The notes beneath the pieces were generated by a model. That model was not told where the DNA came from and made no database searches. It saw only the letters and a list, made by a program, of their open reading frames with translations. From the human T2T-CHM13v2.0 reference genome, Homo sapiens: a stretch of DNA of 64,000 bases. Below are positions 12,656 to 34,943 of this stretch, piece after piece. Position numbers and translations under genes: made by a program. Position 1 is the first letter of the stretch, and each line of letters starts with the position of its first letter. The DNA lies in NCBI RefSeq assembly GCF_009914755.1, contig NC_060934.1. One strand, given 5' to 3'.

Positions 12656-13524
12656 GATGTTCCCATCCCCAGTCTCTAAGATCCCACTTGGTTATTATTA
12701 GGACCTTCACCAAGACAAAGAAAATTCAGCTTTTTCTGAAATTCTCCTACTCTCAAAAAATAAATTCTGCCTTGGCCTTCAGCTTTGTTTGTTTCTGCCA
12801 CTGCAGGAAGTAAGTTTTGTTTGGTTTTGCGTGTTTGTTTTAAATGCTGCCAGGGACCATTTTTGACTCTCATATTTCATCTTAGGTTGCTGATTAATAA
12901 ATACAAGCCTGTCATTTTCTTTCCTTATCATTTCAATGGCACTTAAAAAGCAGACAGTCTTTGCAATTCAATATCAGTCAGTGATTAGCCATGGATTGTC
13001 CCTGTGGCTCTAGTTTGGTCAAGGATAATTACTCCTTGTAGAAAGAGACAGTTAAAAACTTTGAACTGCCAAGAATTTACAGTAGCTGGGGGATGGATAT
13101 ACCGACTGGTTCAATGAAAGGAATCTAGGTGGAATCTATGCATACCAAAAATCAAAAAGTCTGTAGCAACAACATACTTAATGAAGAAAAATTTCCGTTT
13201 TAGAATGGCAACAATATAAGACATCCTACAACCATCACTTCTATTCAATATAATAAAGGAAGGCAAAAAGAATACATAAAAAGACTAATAGAAATAAAGC
13301 TTCATGATTCATAGCCTGTCTCAGGTTCAATTCTGTACTTAGCATTTTTCTGGACTTCTATAGCACACCCTGCCCTTAATCCTTAAGACCTTTCTCTAGT
13401 ACTGTTACTTTTGTGCATGTTTGTGACTCCCTCACAGCACTGATCAAATCCCCTCTGGATGAATTGAGACTCCAATAAAAACATATCAAATCCAGCAGCT
13501 TAACTTTTGCCAATATGGCAAAAA

Positions 13525-13842
13525 TTCATGAGGGATACGTTCCAAAACCCCCAGTGGATGCCTGAAACTGCAGACAATACTTCATCCTAAAAATACTATG
13601 ATTTTTCATATACATACATACGTATGATAAACCTTAACTTATAAATCAGGTATAGTAAGAGAAGAACAAAAATAACTAATAATAAAATAGAACAATTATA
13701 ACGATCTACTGTAGTAAAAGTTATATAAATGTGGTCTCTTTCTTTCTCTCTCCCAAAATATCTTATTGTATTATATGCAACCTTCTTGACCATGGGTAAC
13801 AAATTGGAAAGAGAGACTGTGGCTAAGGCAGGGGATTATGGT
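13525..13842 (-). mobile_element. MER44/Tigger7-like MITE
   Basis: GGGATACGTTCCAAAACCCCCAGTGGATGCCTGAAAC and AATAAAATAGAACAATTATAAC match the recalled consensus. Confidence 0.7.
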
Positions 13843-14369
13843 ACAATATTGAACTCTTCTTCCATAGTCTGGAAGAAGAATGACAATTTCTTTTGGGGAA
13901 AGCTCAGAAACTGAATGGATTTGGATGCCCAGAAAAGAACGTCTGGCAGTTTTGAACTAAGTCAGTGATAGTAAAACAAAATTGATTCTATGAGTTGAAA
14001 CTGCTTTTAATTTTATCCCAGTCTCTCTCCCAATTTTCTTGGTTCTCTTAGAAGCTGTCCAGATTTGCTTGGCTAAAAACTGATATTGGAATGTTGCATA
14101 GAAAACCCGGGTAGGAAAAGGCATATGATCATTAACAAACTCCCTGGTTCAATTCATGTCATGATCAGCAGCATGGCGTCTGTCCAGGCAGAAGGTCATG
14201 CTTGTTGAAGAATGAATGACGTCTGCCCCTGGGCATTGTGTTGAACATTCTGCGGCTTTGGGAAGCAGCCTTAGGCGGGATTGGAGCCTAGATGGACAGA
14301 CAGAGGTCTTTTGCACCTTCAAAAGCAAACAACAGTAGAGCCCCCAAGGCTGCTTCTACATTCTTTGGT

Positions 14370-17300
14370 TTTTATTTTTGAAATGTGTTATTAAAAATGT
14401 CAAACATATGAAAAAATGGAGAGAAAGGTATAATAAACACCTGTCACACCTAGATTTAATAATTAAATCATTTGTTTCATCTATTTTTGGTAAATTTTAA
14501 AATAACTGATTACAGATGTGATAACAATTTTTCCCTAGTTATTCCAGAATGCGTCTCTGAAAATTAAAACATTCCCACACAACCACATTATCACATCCAA
14601 GAAAATTAATAATTTCCTAAAGTAATTTATTATCACTCTTTATCTGCATGTCTCCATTAAGTTTTACAACGCCTTTTAGAGCTAGTTTTGACAGGTCACG
14701 ATTTGATCAATGACAACATATGGCATTTCTCTAAAGAATATTTTAACGTAGAACATTCCTCTTCCCCTGTTTTTTCATGACATTAATTTGTTGAAGAGAT
14801 GGTATCAATTTTCCTTTAGAACGTTTGATTCTGATTGTTTCCTTGTCTGATTGTTTCCTTGTAGGAATGTTTGATTTGTACCTTGCTTAGGTTTTGGAAT
14901 TTCGCGTAAATCGGAAGTTTAGATGGAAAGATTTGATTCGATTTAATTTGAGTACATTAATTAGATGGCAAAACACTTCTTTGCAAGAATATCTTAAGAA
15001 TAATGTTATGTTTTTTCTTACTGCATCACACCAAAAGCTGGTCATCTAATTACTAGTGTTGCTAACATTGATTATTCATGTAAGGTGTCGCCCTGCAAGT
15101 AACCTGTGGGCTCTACCTTAGCTCTGTGTCATTTCAATTCTCTGTTAGCCTTTTATTTAATGGTTTAGCAGCCACTAAAAATTCTTGCTTGAATCAATTA
15201 TTCCATTGAGAGTTGCAAAATAATCACCTTCTGTTTTTTGGTGGTTGTTTTTCTCACTCCTTGAGTTGGATGATTGGTTCATTATTTTTCAACCTTCCTA
15301 CTGCATTCTAATATAACATTTAGTGCTATAAAATTACAATCTAAGTCTCATACAAATTTTGATATATACTACTTTTATAATTACCATTCATTTCAAATGT
15401 TTTATGATTCCCATTTTTTTCCTTAACCCATTTGTTATTTACAAGTAGATTTTAAACCTTCAGACGTCTCTTAGAGTTATCTGTTTATTATTGTTTTAAT
15501 TTAATTATGTTTTGTTCAGAGGACAATTGTTTTTATAATCCTGATACTTTGGTATTTGGTGAAAGTTACTTTTAGGCTTAGTTTATGGTCAACTTTTTTA
15601 AAAATTTCATGCATAATTGAGAAGAATTATCAGCTCTCTGATTTTTTGGTAGAGGATTTTATGTATTACTAACAGTTTAAGAAATTAGTTAATTGTTTTA
15701 TCCATCCACAGCCTTAAAAAATGTTTAAATCTAGTTAATCACTTAGGAGATTGTTAAATCTCCCACTGTTGAGGTGGATTTGTCAATACTTTTCTTGCTG
15801 TTGTATCGAGCACTGCTTTAGATATTGCTATATTATATATCTGATATTCACACATTTAGAGTTGTTATATCTATCTAACAAATAATTCATTTAATCTGTA
15901 AGATCATATTAGAAGAAAGGCAGTGTCCAATATTTACTTCACCTTTGTGTAATCTCTATAATTAGTCTTCATATGTGTTATGTTTTTATAGTCAAGGTTT
16001 GTTCAGGTTTACTGTCCTAGTTGTCACTTTCTTTGCTTACCTTTCTTTCTTTTTGGATTTTTTTTCCCATTTCATAAAGCATATAGTTTTTGAATTCTTG
16101 TAATGATAAATTTTATTGTCATTAAACATTGATTTGATTTGTAAAGAAGGTGCTTATTTTTGTCATTTTTGTCATTCTTTTTTTTTTTTTTTTTTTTTGG
16201 AGACAGTGACTCACTCTGTAGCCCAGGCTGGAGTGCAGTGGCACCACCTTGGCTAACAGGAGCCTTGTACTCCCAGGCTCAAATGATCCTCCCACCTCAA
16301 CCTCCAGTGTAGCTGGAACTACAGGCACATACCACCATGCCTGGCTAATTTTTTGGAGGTCTGGGATTACAGGCGTGTACCCCCACCCCTGACCTGTTCT
16401 GTCATTATTCTTATGTGATAATTTAGGTGGGATAAAATTCCAAGGTCTAAATTCTTACTAGACATGTGACTTTGAGAATGTTGCTTTACCTAACTCTTCC
16501 TCAGTTTTTTCACCAGTGAAATGAAAATTAAGGGTATGCTCACCACCGGGCTTGCGCCTGTGGTCCTAGCTACTCAGGAGGCAAAGGTGGAGGGTGGATT
16601 TTATGTATTTTATTTTTATTTAACAGACATTTGCATGGCATTTACTATGAGCCAGCCCTGTTTAAGAGTTACAAATGTTAACTCATTTAACTAACATAAG
16701 GTAGGTACAGTTTTCTTTATTTTTAGGGATGAGACTTTGTCTCTATTATGATTATTAAATTGAAAATAAAATAAACTGTTTTTGGAAATATGCTGGTCTA
16801 GATAAATAACCAGTAAACACATTTAAAATTACTTGTATAACATGGCAAACATACTCTCAAAAACTTATACTTGCAAGAAAGTAACAGATATCCCCATAAG
16901 CAAAATCTGAAGAAGAACCCAGAAAATCAGAGAAATAAACCAAAGAACTCACTATTTCTCAGCTGTCCTGGAAGAAAGTGTATATGTTTCGTGGGGTGGG
17001 AGTTGGTTTCAAAGTTGTTTGGTTTTAAGGGCTAAAGCCAGAAGATAGTGAGTTGAACTTGTGTGATTTCACTAATTGAAACTGAGCCAGTCAAATTGCT
17101 GTACCATTAGTGAAAGTGTGGAATAGGAAAAAATAATCCTCATCTCTAATAAATTAAAAATAAAATACATGAAATAAATGAATATATTGTGAGTTGCTTT
17201 CTCGCATGCCTTAAAGATAGCTTTCTACAGTTGTCTGCCATGTATTGTTACTTTTGAAAGGTCGGTGGTTTATCTAATTGTCATTCCTTTTTAGGAAACC

Positions 17301-17800
17301 TGTCTTGTTTCTCTGTTTGCATTTGGGATTGCTTCCTCATCTTTAAGTTTCTGCTGTTCCACTGGATTATCTAGGTATTTCACTTCTATTTATCCTGCTT
17401 GGGAGTGTTATACATTGTTATTTGGGGAATTTGTGTCTTTCATCAGTTTGCAGAACATTTCAACCATTTCATTTTTAATATTTTCTCTCCATCATTTCAT
17501 TTCTTGTTCATCTATGGAAATCTGAATAGACATACATTGGGCTTAGTTCTTCCATCTTCCATGGCTCAATTTCTCTTTCCCATTTTCCATTTCTTTCTCT
17601 CTGGAGCATTATATATCTGCAATAAAGTCTTCCATGTATTAATTCTCTGCTTAGCTCTGTCTTATCTGTTTTGTCCAACCTATTGGGTTTTTAATTTCAA
17701 TAACATATTTTTATTTATACAAGTTCCATTTCATTGTTTCCCAGATTTGTCTGAACTTTTATGATAGTATTTACTAATTCACTTATAATAAAATATTTTC
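14370..17800 (-). mobile_element. Patchwork of ancient L1M fragments with MIR and Alu inserts
   Basis: T-rich degenerate antisense L1 sequence (e.g. GTTAAATCTCCCACTGTTGAGGTGGATTTGTC); boundaries uncertain. Confidence 0.5.
16177..16395 (-). mobile_element. AluJ with most of the left arm deleted
   Basis: Right arm plus poly(A) joined directly to the Alu 5' end (CTGGGATTACAGGCGTG). Confidence 0.8.
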
Positions 17801-18489
17801 ATTTTAGTTTTCTGATTTATGAGTTATGAACTCATGTTCAATGGAGGTTTTTTTTGTTTTTGTTTTTGTTTTTTGTTTTTTGTTTTTTTTTGCAAGAATC
17901 CTATCTGGTTATATGGTCTAAAGAGAGTACGTGTCCCCTAAAGGGTTTTGAATGTGGTTCATCCAGGTAATTCCAGTGATATTATGCATGATGCAACCAC
18001 AGGCCAATTTTATGTTGCTTTCTCAGCTGAAACATTCCTGGACCACATAGAAAATGGACTGAAGAACTTGAGCCCATGCCAGGAACTCCATTATCAAAAA
18101 TTCTCAGAACTGACATTTTACTTATCCATCTAGATCCCAGGTCAAGATTACAAGCATCCATGATTTTTTCCTGGGCTGGCAGATATTTCTTTTTTCTATT
18201 CCACACTTGCACTAATGGTACAGCCATTTGAATGGCTCAGTTTCAACTGGTGACATCACTAGTCAAGTTCAAGTTATTATATTTTGTCTTGAGCCCTTCA
18301 AACCAAACAACTTTGAAACCAGTTGCCGCCACTCAAAATACATATTCTTTCCTCCAGGACAGCTGAAAAATATTAAGTTCGTTGGTTTGTTGCTCTTATT
18401 TTCTGGGTTCTTCCTCTGGTTTTTCCTATGGGGTATCCCTTACTTTCTTGCAAGTATAAGGTGGGTTTTTTTGTTTTTGCATGAGTGTT

Positions 18490-24690
<6,201 letters not shown>

Positions 24691-26674
24691 TGACACAGTT
24701 TTTTTTCTTTTTTTTTTTTTTTGAGAGTATGTTTGCTATGTTATAAGAGTAACTTTTAAATGTGTTTACTGGTTATTTATCCAGTCCAGCGTGTTTCCAA
24801 AAAGTGAGTTTAGTTTTCCCAAAATGTGTTCTGCAGAACACTCATATTCAATCCAGTGTAACTATGTGTTGGAAGAAAAAACTTAATGTTAGAAAAACTT
24901 TTTCTCTAAAACTTACATTTAAATATATGTAAGAAAACTAATCTTAATTATACATTTTCTTATGTTCATGCAATGATTAGCACTTAAGGAAATGCTGTGC
25001 CATTCTACAGAATGCCAGAATGTCAAAGTAGCAATTGATATAACCACATCAAATGTGAGTTAGCCATCTCACTGATATATTATCTGTTCAATGGTCAATG
25101 ACCTATGTTCTATCCCTTGATTTAAAATTCCAGTAAACATTTGATATTGTGTTGCAGTCTTAGGATTCAATTCTGCCATTCCATCAACAGGTGGTGCCAT
25201 TGTATTATAATTTGAATGTTGTGAAAGAAAAATATTTTGTCGTTACTTGCACTGATAAGCATCTCAGCTTTTTTAGAGCTGCTTTTGCACCCTGAGAAAC
25301 TTTGACTTTAGGGTTTTAAAAAATGTTATATGGTTAAAGTTATATTGCAGAGCAAAACTGCCTGAATTCTTCTCATGTATATTAAGTCTAGAAATTGCAC
25401 ACTATATGTCTGCTATTTTGTCTACAAAGTCATGAAAAACCGAAAATAATATTCATAATAGGTAGTTATAGATTCTGATATATAGAGAATATCTGCTTTA
25501 ATATTTTTGTTCCTGAAAATTCTCATCTTATTTTCATTTTATAAATTTAAAAAACTACTGGGTATTAGTAAAAAAAAAATTCACGTTTTTTGCAATACCA
25601 AGGAAAGCAAGTCAAGATTTGTGTTTTTTTCTTTACATATACCATTAAATATAACATGGGACATGGGTCACAGCTCTGCCAAAAGATCTCTTTGTAGCTA
25701 TGTGTTGCCAGAAACAACACTGTGGAGATCCCTTTCGAGTTGTGGCAAGTCATGTGGACAGCTTGAGATGGGTAACCTCATATGCCCTGTCATAAAGAGA
25801 AGAAAGAAAGGATGACATCAGACTCTACCCCATTCTTTGTTCTGCCTGCAATTCACTGTTGTAAACTGGCAAAGCTTTTTCCTCAAGGGTAGTTGTCAAA
25901 GTCACAGCATGATCACAGGAGGTGGTAATAGGAAGTTGGCATGAGCCACTGACAGAGAAATTAGTTTGAGACTTCTTGTGATTCTCCTCAGGGATTTCAG
26001 CAACAGCCAGCTCTTCTAAGCTAATTAGTCCTACATTGTTGTAATGGATGATCAGAAAAAACAGTAATTGAAAATGATACAGTTCTTTAGTAATGCTAAA
26101 ACTGTAAACAACAGAAATATCAAGAAATGAAACAAACATTTAGAACCATTTGGATAAATTGGATGAATAGGTTAGCAGATGAAAAATTCAGTTTCAAAGT
26201 AGACAAAATAAGATTTATTTGGGAGCAGACATCCAAGTTAGGGGCTATATATTAAATGATGCAATTATCAATACACTGAACATATTCTTTCTTTTATTAA
26301 TAGACTGGGAAATATTCTTAAAATCATTTTCCTTTGGTTTAAGTTTGAATGTGTAGTTTTCATTTACACAGCATATATCTGTGGTTCACAGACACATTCT
26401 GAAATTTATTCTTGAGTTTATTCTCATTCATTCTTATTATGCAACTCTGTCACAATCCCCATTTCACAATTAAGATACATTTTCAAAAGTTACTCTGAAA
26501 GTAAGAGTTGGAGCCCAGACTTAAAAGCTGGATCTCTCTAAATTATGTTCTCTTTTTTATTCCACAATGGAGACTGAACAGATGAAATTTTAACTCTAAC
26601 TATAGTTGCTCTGTTGTAGAGTAAGTGAATAAGTTTAGAGGACAAATACAGTGTATAGAATAGTACAAATGTTA

Positions 26675-27267
<593 letters not shown>

Positions 27268-28035
27268 TAAATTGTGATAATAGATATTTTCCCCCTATCC
27301 TTTCCATGAATTGTGTTGCCATATGGTTCTATCTTCAATAAGGTTTAAATTGTGCATGCAGGACCTCTTTGACTTTCAGATCTGGCATTTTTTTTTTTCT
27401 AATTGGGGTAGTAAGTGAAGAGCGGAAAATATACTTTTGCCTGGCACAAAAGAGAATGAGGGCAGATCCAAGACTTATTTTGTTATTATTCAATTCCCAT
27501 CTGCCATTACACTCTCTTAAAGTTTGTTTGCAGTTTCTTATCCATTCTGTGAGAGATAACAGAGTACACTTTTGCCCTTTTTCCTTTATGTCAGGGAAGT
27601 GAACAGTGATTTTTTTAATGAGGATGAACTTTTAATTTTGAGACTTTATATTTCTTGATAGCAGTAAGCATGCTTTTTATTCGTTAAAAATTATAGCTCT
27701 TAATTGTTTTTACAGAAATTTTATGCAAAGTGGTCATATATTATATTGCATCATATTCTTTAACTTAGAACTGATAAAAATGAGAGTTTGATTTATCCTT
27801 GTTGAAGTTCCTAGAAAACAGACTTGGAGCTGCAAGAACACAACACACTTCCCCTGGAAAATACTCAAAGAAGTAAATCTCTGGACATTGTTTACAGCCC
27901 TAGTAGGATACAAGAAGAAATGTTCCTTATTTAGAAAAAGAATCATAAAGCTAGGAAATATTAGCTAAAATGTCAATAAGTAGGGAAGAAAAGAGAGAGG
28001 GATGGTAGAAAAATGCAGATCTCCATAAATGTGGC

Positions 28036-28418
28036 TGTGATAGCTTGGGCTGCCATGGAAAATACCACTGAAGGAGTGGCTTAAACAACAGACCTTCATT
28101 TTCTCACAGTTATAGAAGCTGGAAGTCCAAGGTTAAGGTGTAATCAGGGTTCGTTTTTGTGAGGCCTCTCTTCTTAGCTAATAGGCGGCTGCCTTCTCTC
28201 TGTGTGGTCACACAGCCTTTCCTCTGTGCAAGCTTGGAGAGCACACTCGCTCTCCCTTCTTCTTCTTGGAATGTCACCAGTTCTATGGGAGGTCCCATTC
28301 TTATGACTACTTAACCTTCATTACCCCCTTAAAGGCACTATCTGTAAATATAGTCACACTGGGGAGTTAGAGCCTCATCATATGCATTTGGGGGGTGACA
28401 CAGCTCTGCCCACGACAA
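28036..28418 (-). mobile_element. MLT1A-like MaLR solo LTR
   Basis: GGCTTAAACAACAGA..TTTCTCACAGTT..GGAAGTCCAAG motif. Confidence 0.75.
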
Positions 28419-29442
28419 TGACCTTAACACTAGGATAGTTGTTTTGCAGAATGTCACTCGATCTGAGTTTGTTTCATGTTTCCTCATGAGGAGATCTAGG
28501 TTATGGATTCTGGGTGGGAGTCTCTCACAGGGGATATTGTGCTCTCACTGCATTCTCTCATGTGATTTTAATTTGTCCAATGGTGTTTACTTTGATCACC
28601 TGAGTGACAAAAGTGGTGACTCTCAAGACTTCTCTATTATAAAGTTTCTTGATGTGTTGCTAAATAACAGTTAGTAAGCATGGTTTTAGCTTGGAAAAAC
28701 TGATACACCTCTTAACAGAAGTAGAGATGCCAGAAAATCCATGAGAGATTGTGGAGAAAGGGGTGTTCAAGGACTTGAAAATGCTATAATGAGTCTACTG
28801 TACCTAACCAGAAAACCCACCAGCTGACTGTCCTCAGGAGGGTCTAGAAAATACTACATTTGCCCAATTGATAAGAAATGCCCTGGTGAGGTGAAGGGGC
28901 ACCAGCATTTTGAGAACCTCAGGAAAGTCTGTCTTCTGTAGGTTGGGGCTGAAGGTAGCTGATGGTGTTGCAGAACCGAGCATTTTAGTAGCAACGAGGG
29001 TACTAGATCCCAGGAAAGCAGAGGCCAGGAGGCAGCCTTTAAGAATCAGAAGAAAGATGAACATAATTACTATAACAGGTAGCAAGACTGGAATTTCATT
29101 CAGGGGAAACTGATCTGCAGGGAACTTGGGAGATGACATGGTTCTCCTAAGGGCAAGAGTGCTGAGCCGTTGTCACAGGTTGGGTTTTCTAGAAAGAGGC
29201 TGGTGTTTAGGAAGCAGGTTGTTCACTCAGGTATGTCCTTGGGATTGAAACTCATGAAACTGAGGGAAAGAAAGTGGCATTAAGCCGAGGGAAATGAACT
29301 TCATACAAGCCTGGCTGACCCGCAGGGTAAGCTGTGAAACTCACATAGTTTTTTAGCAGTGTTCCAAGTTGGGTTGGGATGGCCAGGCCTTATTGTCCCA
29401 CACTGATCAATGAATAGATGTTGGCCACCTTGGGAAGGGGCA

Positions 29443-29935
29443 GGTATTAGTCAGGATTCTGCAGAGGAACAGAACTAATGGGACAGACATCTGAATCTCC
29501 ATCTCGCTCCAGAGATTTATTATAAGGTATAGGCTCATATGACTGTAGAGGCTTATGGAGGCTGATTCTGGAGGCGGATGTGATTCTACCACCTGCAAGC
29601 TGGAGATCCAGGAAAGCTGGTTCTCTAGATTCCACTCCAAGACTGAAGGCCTGAGAAGCAGGAGTGCTGAGTGCAGGGGAAGATCAATGTCCAGGCTCCA
29701 GCAATCAGATAAGGAGGGAATTCAAACTTTCTTCCCTTTTTTTGTTTTATTCAGGTCCTCGATGGATTGGATGATGCCCATTCACATTGGGGAGGGCATC
29801 TTTTTTACTCAGTCTACTTTGTCAAATGCTAATCCCTTTTAGAAACATCCTCCTAGACATACCTAGAAAGGATGTGTCACCAGATATCTGGGCATCTCCT
29901 GGCCCAGGCAGGTTGAACCATAAAATGAACCATCA
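29443..29935 (-). mobile_element. MLT2-type ERVL LTR nested in the LTR16C-like 3' LTR
   Basis: GTATTAGTCAGGATTCTGCAGAGGAACAGAAC start, GGATTGGATGATGCCCA, end AACCATCA. Confidence 0.8.
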
Positions 29936-30556
29936 TGGGGTATAATGTTGGGTAAGGCAGCTCTCTGCCACTGACAGATCCCAAAAGGTTCGTCAACTGA
30001 AGCATATCTGACAATAACATCCCTAAAAACTGGAGCCATGAGCCCTTAATTTACTGGGGACCTGGGTGATGTATTAGAGTGTTCACTACAGTCTACCTCT
30101 TGTGTCTACTTTGTCACATGCTTTCTAGGAACTGCTCTTCCAGCTGGTGTGTCTGTGGGATACCAGGAAGAGGAAGGTTAGTGGGACCAACTGCAGAGCT
30201 CACTGTTGAATATATATTTCTAGTGTGCACAGGCTAAGTCTTGCAGATCCTTTTGAAGTATAGTTTCCTTTCTTTCCTTATCAGGCCCAGCACATTCTTG
30301 ACTGGCTTAAGTTAGGACTTCACCTGGCTTATAGGCCTAGAGAGGCCAGGAAAGGACTTAAAAGCAGATCTCAGGTGGGGCACATTTCAACTTGCAAGGG
30401 AAAGATTTCTAGCATTGTCTTCAGGCAAGGTGGAGCATGCTAGCTTTTAACACAAAGAATGGGCATTTGTGCAGGCTCCAAGGAGTCAAAGACATCTAGG
30501 AATTCAAGATTTGGGGAGAGCATCAAACCAGATACCCCCTTCCTGTGTGTCAGGAC

Positions 30557-30794
30557 TCTCTCCCACTCTCTCTCCCTGTCTCTCTCTCCTTTTTTCTTTC
30601 CCTTCCCTTCCTTTTCTTTTTTCTTTTCTTTTTCTTTCTTTCTTTCCCTCTCTCTCTCCCTTTCTGACTTTCTTCCTTTCCTCCCCTCCCTCCCTTCTTC
30701 TCGTCCTCCCTCCCTCCCTTCCTCCCTTCCTTCCTCCCTTCCTCCATTCCTCCCTTCCTCCCTTCCTCCCTTCCTTTTTTTTTTTTTTTTTTTT
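30557..30794. repeat. Polypyrimidine (CT/CTTT/CCTT)n tract
   Basis: About 240 bp that is almost purely pyrimidine on the + strand, abutting an Alu tail. Confidence 0.9.
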
Positions 30795-31077
30795 GAGATG
30801 GAGTCTTGCTCTTGTCACTGAGGCTGTAGTGCAGTGGCACGATCCCGGCTCACTGCAACCTCCACTTCCCGGGTTCAAGCGATTCTCCTGCTTCAGCCAC
30901 CTGAGTAGCTGGGATTACAGGCATGGGCCATCATATACAGCTAATTTTTGTATTTTTGGTAGGAAAACGGTTTCCCCATATTGGCCTGGCTGGTCTCAAA
31001 CTCCTGGGCTCAAGTGATCTGCCTGCCTCAGCCTCCCAAAGCGCTGGGATTACAGGCATGAGCCACAGTGCCTGGCC
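30775..31077 (-). mobile_element. Alu (J or early S)
   Basis: Dimeric Alu with poly(A). Confidence 0.9.
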
Positions 31078-32023
31078 AGGATCTATTCTTTCTAAACCAA
31101 ACCCTGACCTCAGAATAGTGGATCTGTCTTTGATTTTAGTTTAACTCTCCCTGGAGCTCAGTCACCTCCACAATTCATACCTGGACATGGCCCTCAGTTC
31201 TCACTGCCCTCCCAATGAGAGGTATATGACAAAGAACACCATCTGGCTTTCAGACATAGTTTTCCATTAATAAGTCTCAGATTTTTGTTACTTATTTCCA
31301 GAGTTTAACACAGTTGAACCCTACTCATCCAATTTTCTTGACCTTGTAGCTGTGATTCCCTCCATCTTTCTCAAATCTCTGATATACCAGCTAGTGCACC
31401 CCTGTACTACTGATCTGCCATCCCGGTTTACCACCAGCGAAAGTTTCTGGGAGCACCTGTGTTCTGCCTAACCCTACGGATGTGGTCCTTACTGCAGCCA
31501 GTGGCAGGTGCTATCTTCAAAACCCCATCTTATCTCCTGCTTTCACAGAATACTTCTGGGATCAACTGTCGCAGGCTCTAGGGCAGAATTTAGGGTGCAC
31601 TTGGAGTCAATACCTGTGGAAGGCAGGTTATGGAAGCAGGATTGGGCGGAGGGAAATCCAGCTCTGTGGCAGACCCAACACCAGTCTTGGCTGACTGCAG
31701 GGGAGCCCTGGAGCTGAAATGGCCCTTTAGTATTATCTTGAGTTGAGTGGGGATGCTAGCCCGTTATATTCCTGCACCAAGCAGTCACTGGATGTGGGCC
31801 ATTCTGGGAAGGAGCATGACCTTAGCTGACAGTGTCTCCACAGCTGGATGATACGTAAGGATGCTGGCAGTTCAAAGGTGTCTTCAGAGAGCATCCCAGC
31901 ATCTGGGACCTCAAGCCTTTCATAGAAGGGACATCTGAGTGGTGCATCACAGTGTCCAAAGAAGCTGTCAATAAAGGCCTTGCTTGCTGTATGCAGTCAA
32001 AAGACATAAAGAGTGGATGAACG

Positions 32024-32793
<770 letters not shown>

Positions 32794-33372
32794 TTAGCCC
32801 TTGTCCAGTACCCAGGCTTGAGCTTTCTCACTCTGAACTCATCGACTGAAGAAGAGAGCTAGAGTCTTCACAGAAAAGAACTCTGCAACTCCACAGCACG
32901 TGTATGAAATAGTGATTGTCTTAATCCTTCAGCAAAGACACCTAGAGCCATTTATTTGGATAAATGTACACTGGAGAAAGGACAAGACCCAGCTATCTTG
33001 CAAGCTGTTGGATACAGATCCAAGATGGAACTGATATCCAAAGACCCTAAGTAGTATCATTCCCCCACAGAGCCCCCATCCCACGCCCCAGACACGTGTA
33101 TACAGGGGAAAGGAAATCGATGAAGTCCTGGCCCAGGTCTGTTTCACTCTGAGTCCACTGGGTTCACTTAAATTACAGTCAATGTATTTATCAAGTTACT
33201 GTGCTTTAAATCTTTAACTCTTGCTATTTGTTTCCTGTTAGTCCTATATTTGTTTTTTCCCTCCCTCTTTTTCCTGCCTTCTTTTGGAACAAATGAGTAT
33301 TTTTCAGAATTCCATTTTATCTCCTTTGTTGGCTTTATCTTTTAGTGGCTGTTCTAGGTTTGCTATGTATCT

Positions 33373-33872
<500 letters not shown>

Positions 33873-34033
33873 TAAGTAGGTGCAAGGCCTTGTTTCCTGC
33901 TCCCTAGAAGTTTCACAAAACACATGATCCATAAATTTCAGCTTCAACTACCACTCAGGTTTCAGCTTTCTAAACACCTTATTTTTTTTCCTAAGAATTT
34001 TTCTTATACTTGGATGCTTGGCTCTTCATTTAA

Positions 34034-34399
<366 letters not shown>

Positions 34400-34521
34400 A
34401 TTTCATTCCTGGGTAGTTTGGGAGAATTTTTCAGGATATATGGTCCTCTGTATTTCTGGAAATACACTGTGACTAATATAACAACAAAAAATGTTGATTT
34501 TACAGTTACATACATACATGT

Positions 34522-34943
34522 TGCTATGGTTTGGATGTTTCATCCTTCTAAACCTCATGTTGAAATTTACCCCGAATGTTGGAGGTGGGGGTGATGGGAG
34601 GAGTTTGGGTCATGAGGGAGGATCCCTGGTGAATAGATTAGTGGCCTTCCTTTGCAGTTAGTGAGTGCTCACTTTATTAGCTCCCGAGAGAGCTGGTTGT
34701 TAAAAAGCTCCTGGCACTTCCCCACTTTCCCTTTTGCTTCTTCTGTTGCCGTGTGATCTCTGCACATACCAGCTCCCATCACCTTCTGCCATGAGTAGAG
34801 TCAGCCTGAGGCCCTCACCACATGCAGAAGTCCAATCCTGGACTTTCCAACCATCAGAACCATGAGCCAAATAAACCTTTTTTTCCTTGTAAATTACCCA
34901 GTCTCAAATATTCTGTTATAGCAACATGAAGCAGATTAGGACA
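34522..34943 (+). mobile_element. MSTB-like MaLR solo LTR
   Basis: TGCTATGGTTTGGATG...GGACA ends with perfect 5-bp TSD CATGT (34517-34521 and 34944-34948). Confidence 0.85.

Larger units (their letters stand above)
29171..31963 (-). mobile_element. Deleted ERVL provirus with two LTR16C-like LTRs (29171-30090 and 31567-31963)
   Basis: Two similar LTRs in the same orientation; purine tract AGAGGTAGAC abuts the 3' LTR start TGTAGTG; 5-bp flanks GCCGT / GCTGT. Confidence 0.65.

Noticed and set aside
11727-12666. 123-aa and 153-aa minus-strand ORFs
   Set aside because: Fragments of Tigger1 transposase and LTR read-through, frameshifted; not a domesticated gene.
14830-14861. Perfect 16-bp tandem duplication TCTGATTGTTTCCTTG (similar small one near 2513-2548)
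   Set aside because: Ordinary slippage duplication with no sign of function.
26130-26250. Possible CR1/L3 RT remnant
   Set aside because: Similarity too weak to support without a profile search.
30459-31144. 120-182 aa ORFs rich in S/L/P/F or K/R/E/G
   Set aside because: Translations of the simple repeat and Alu.
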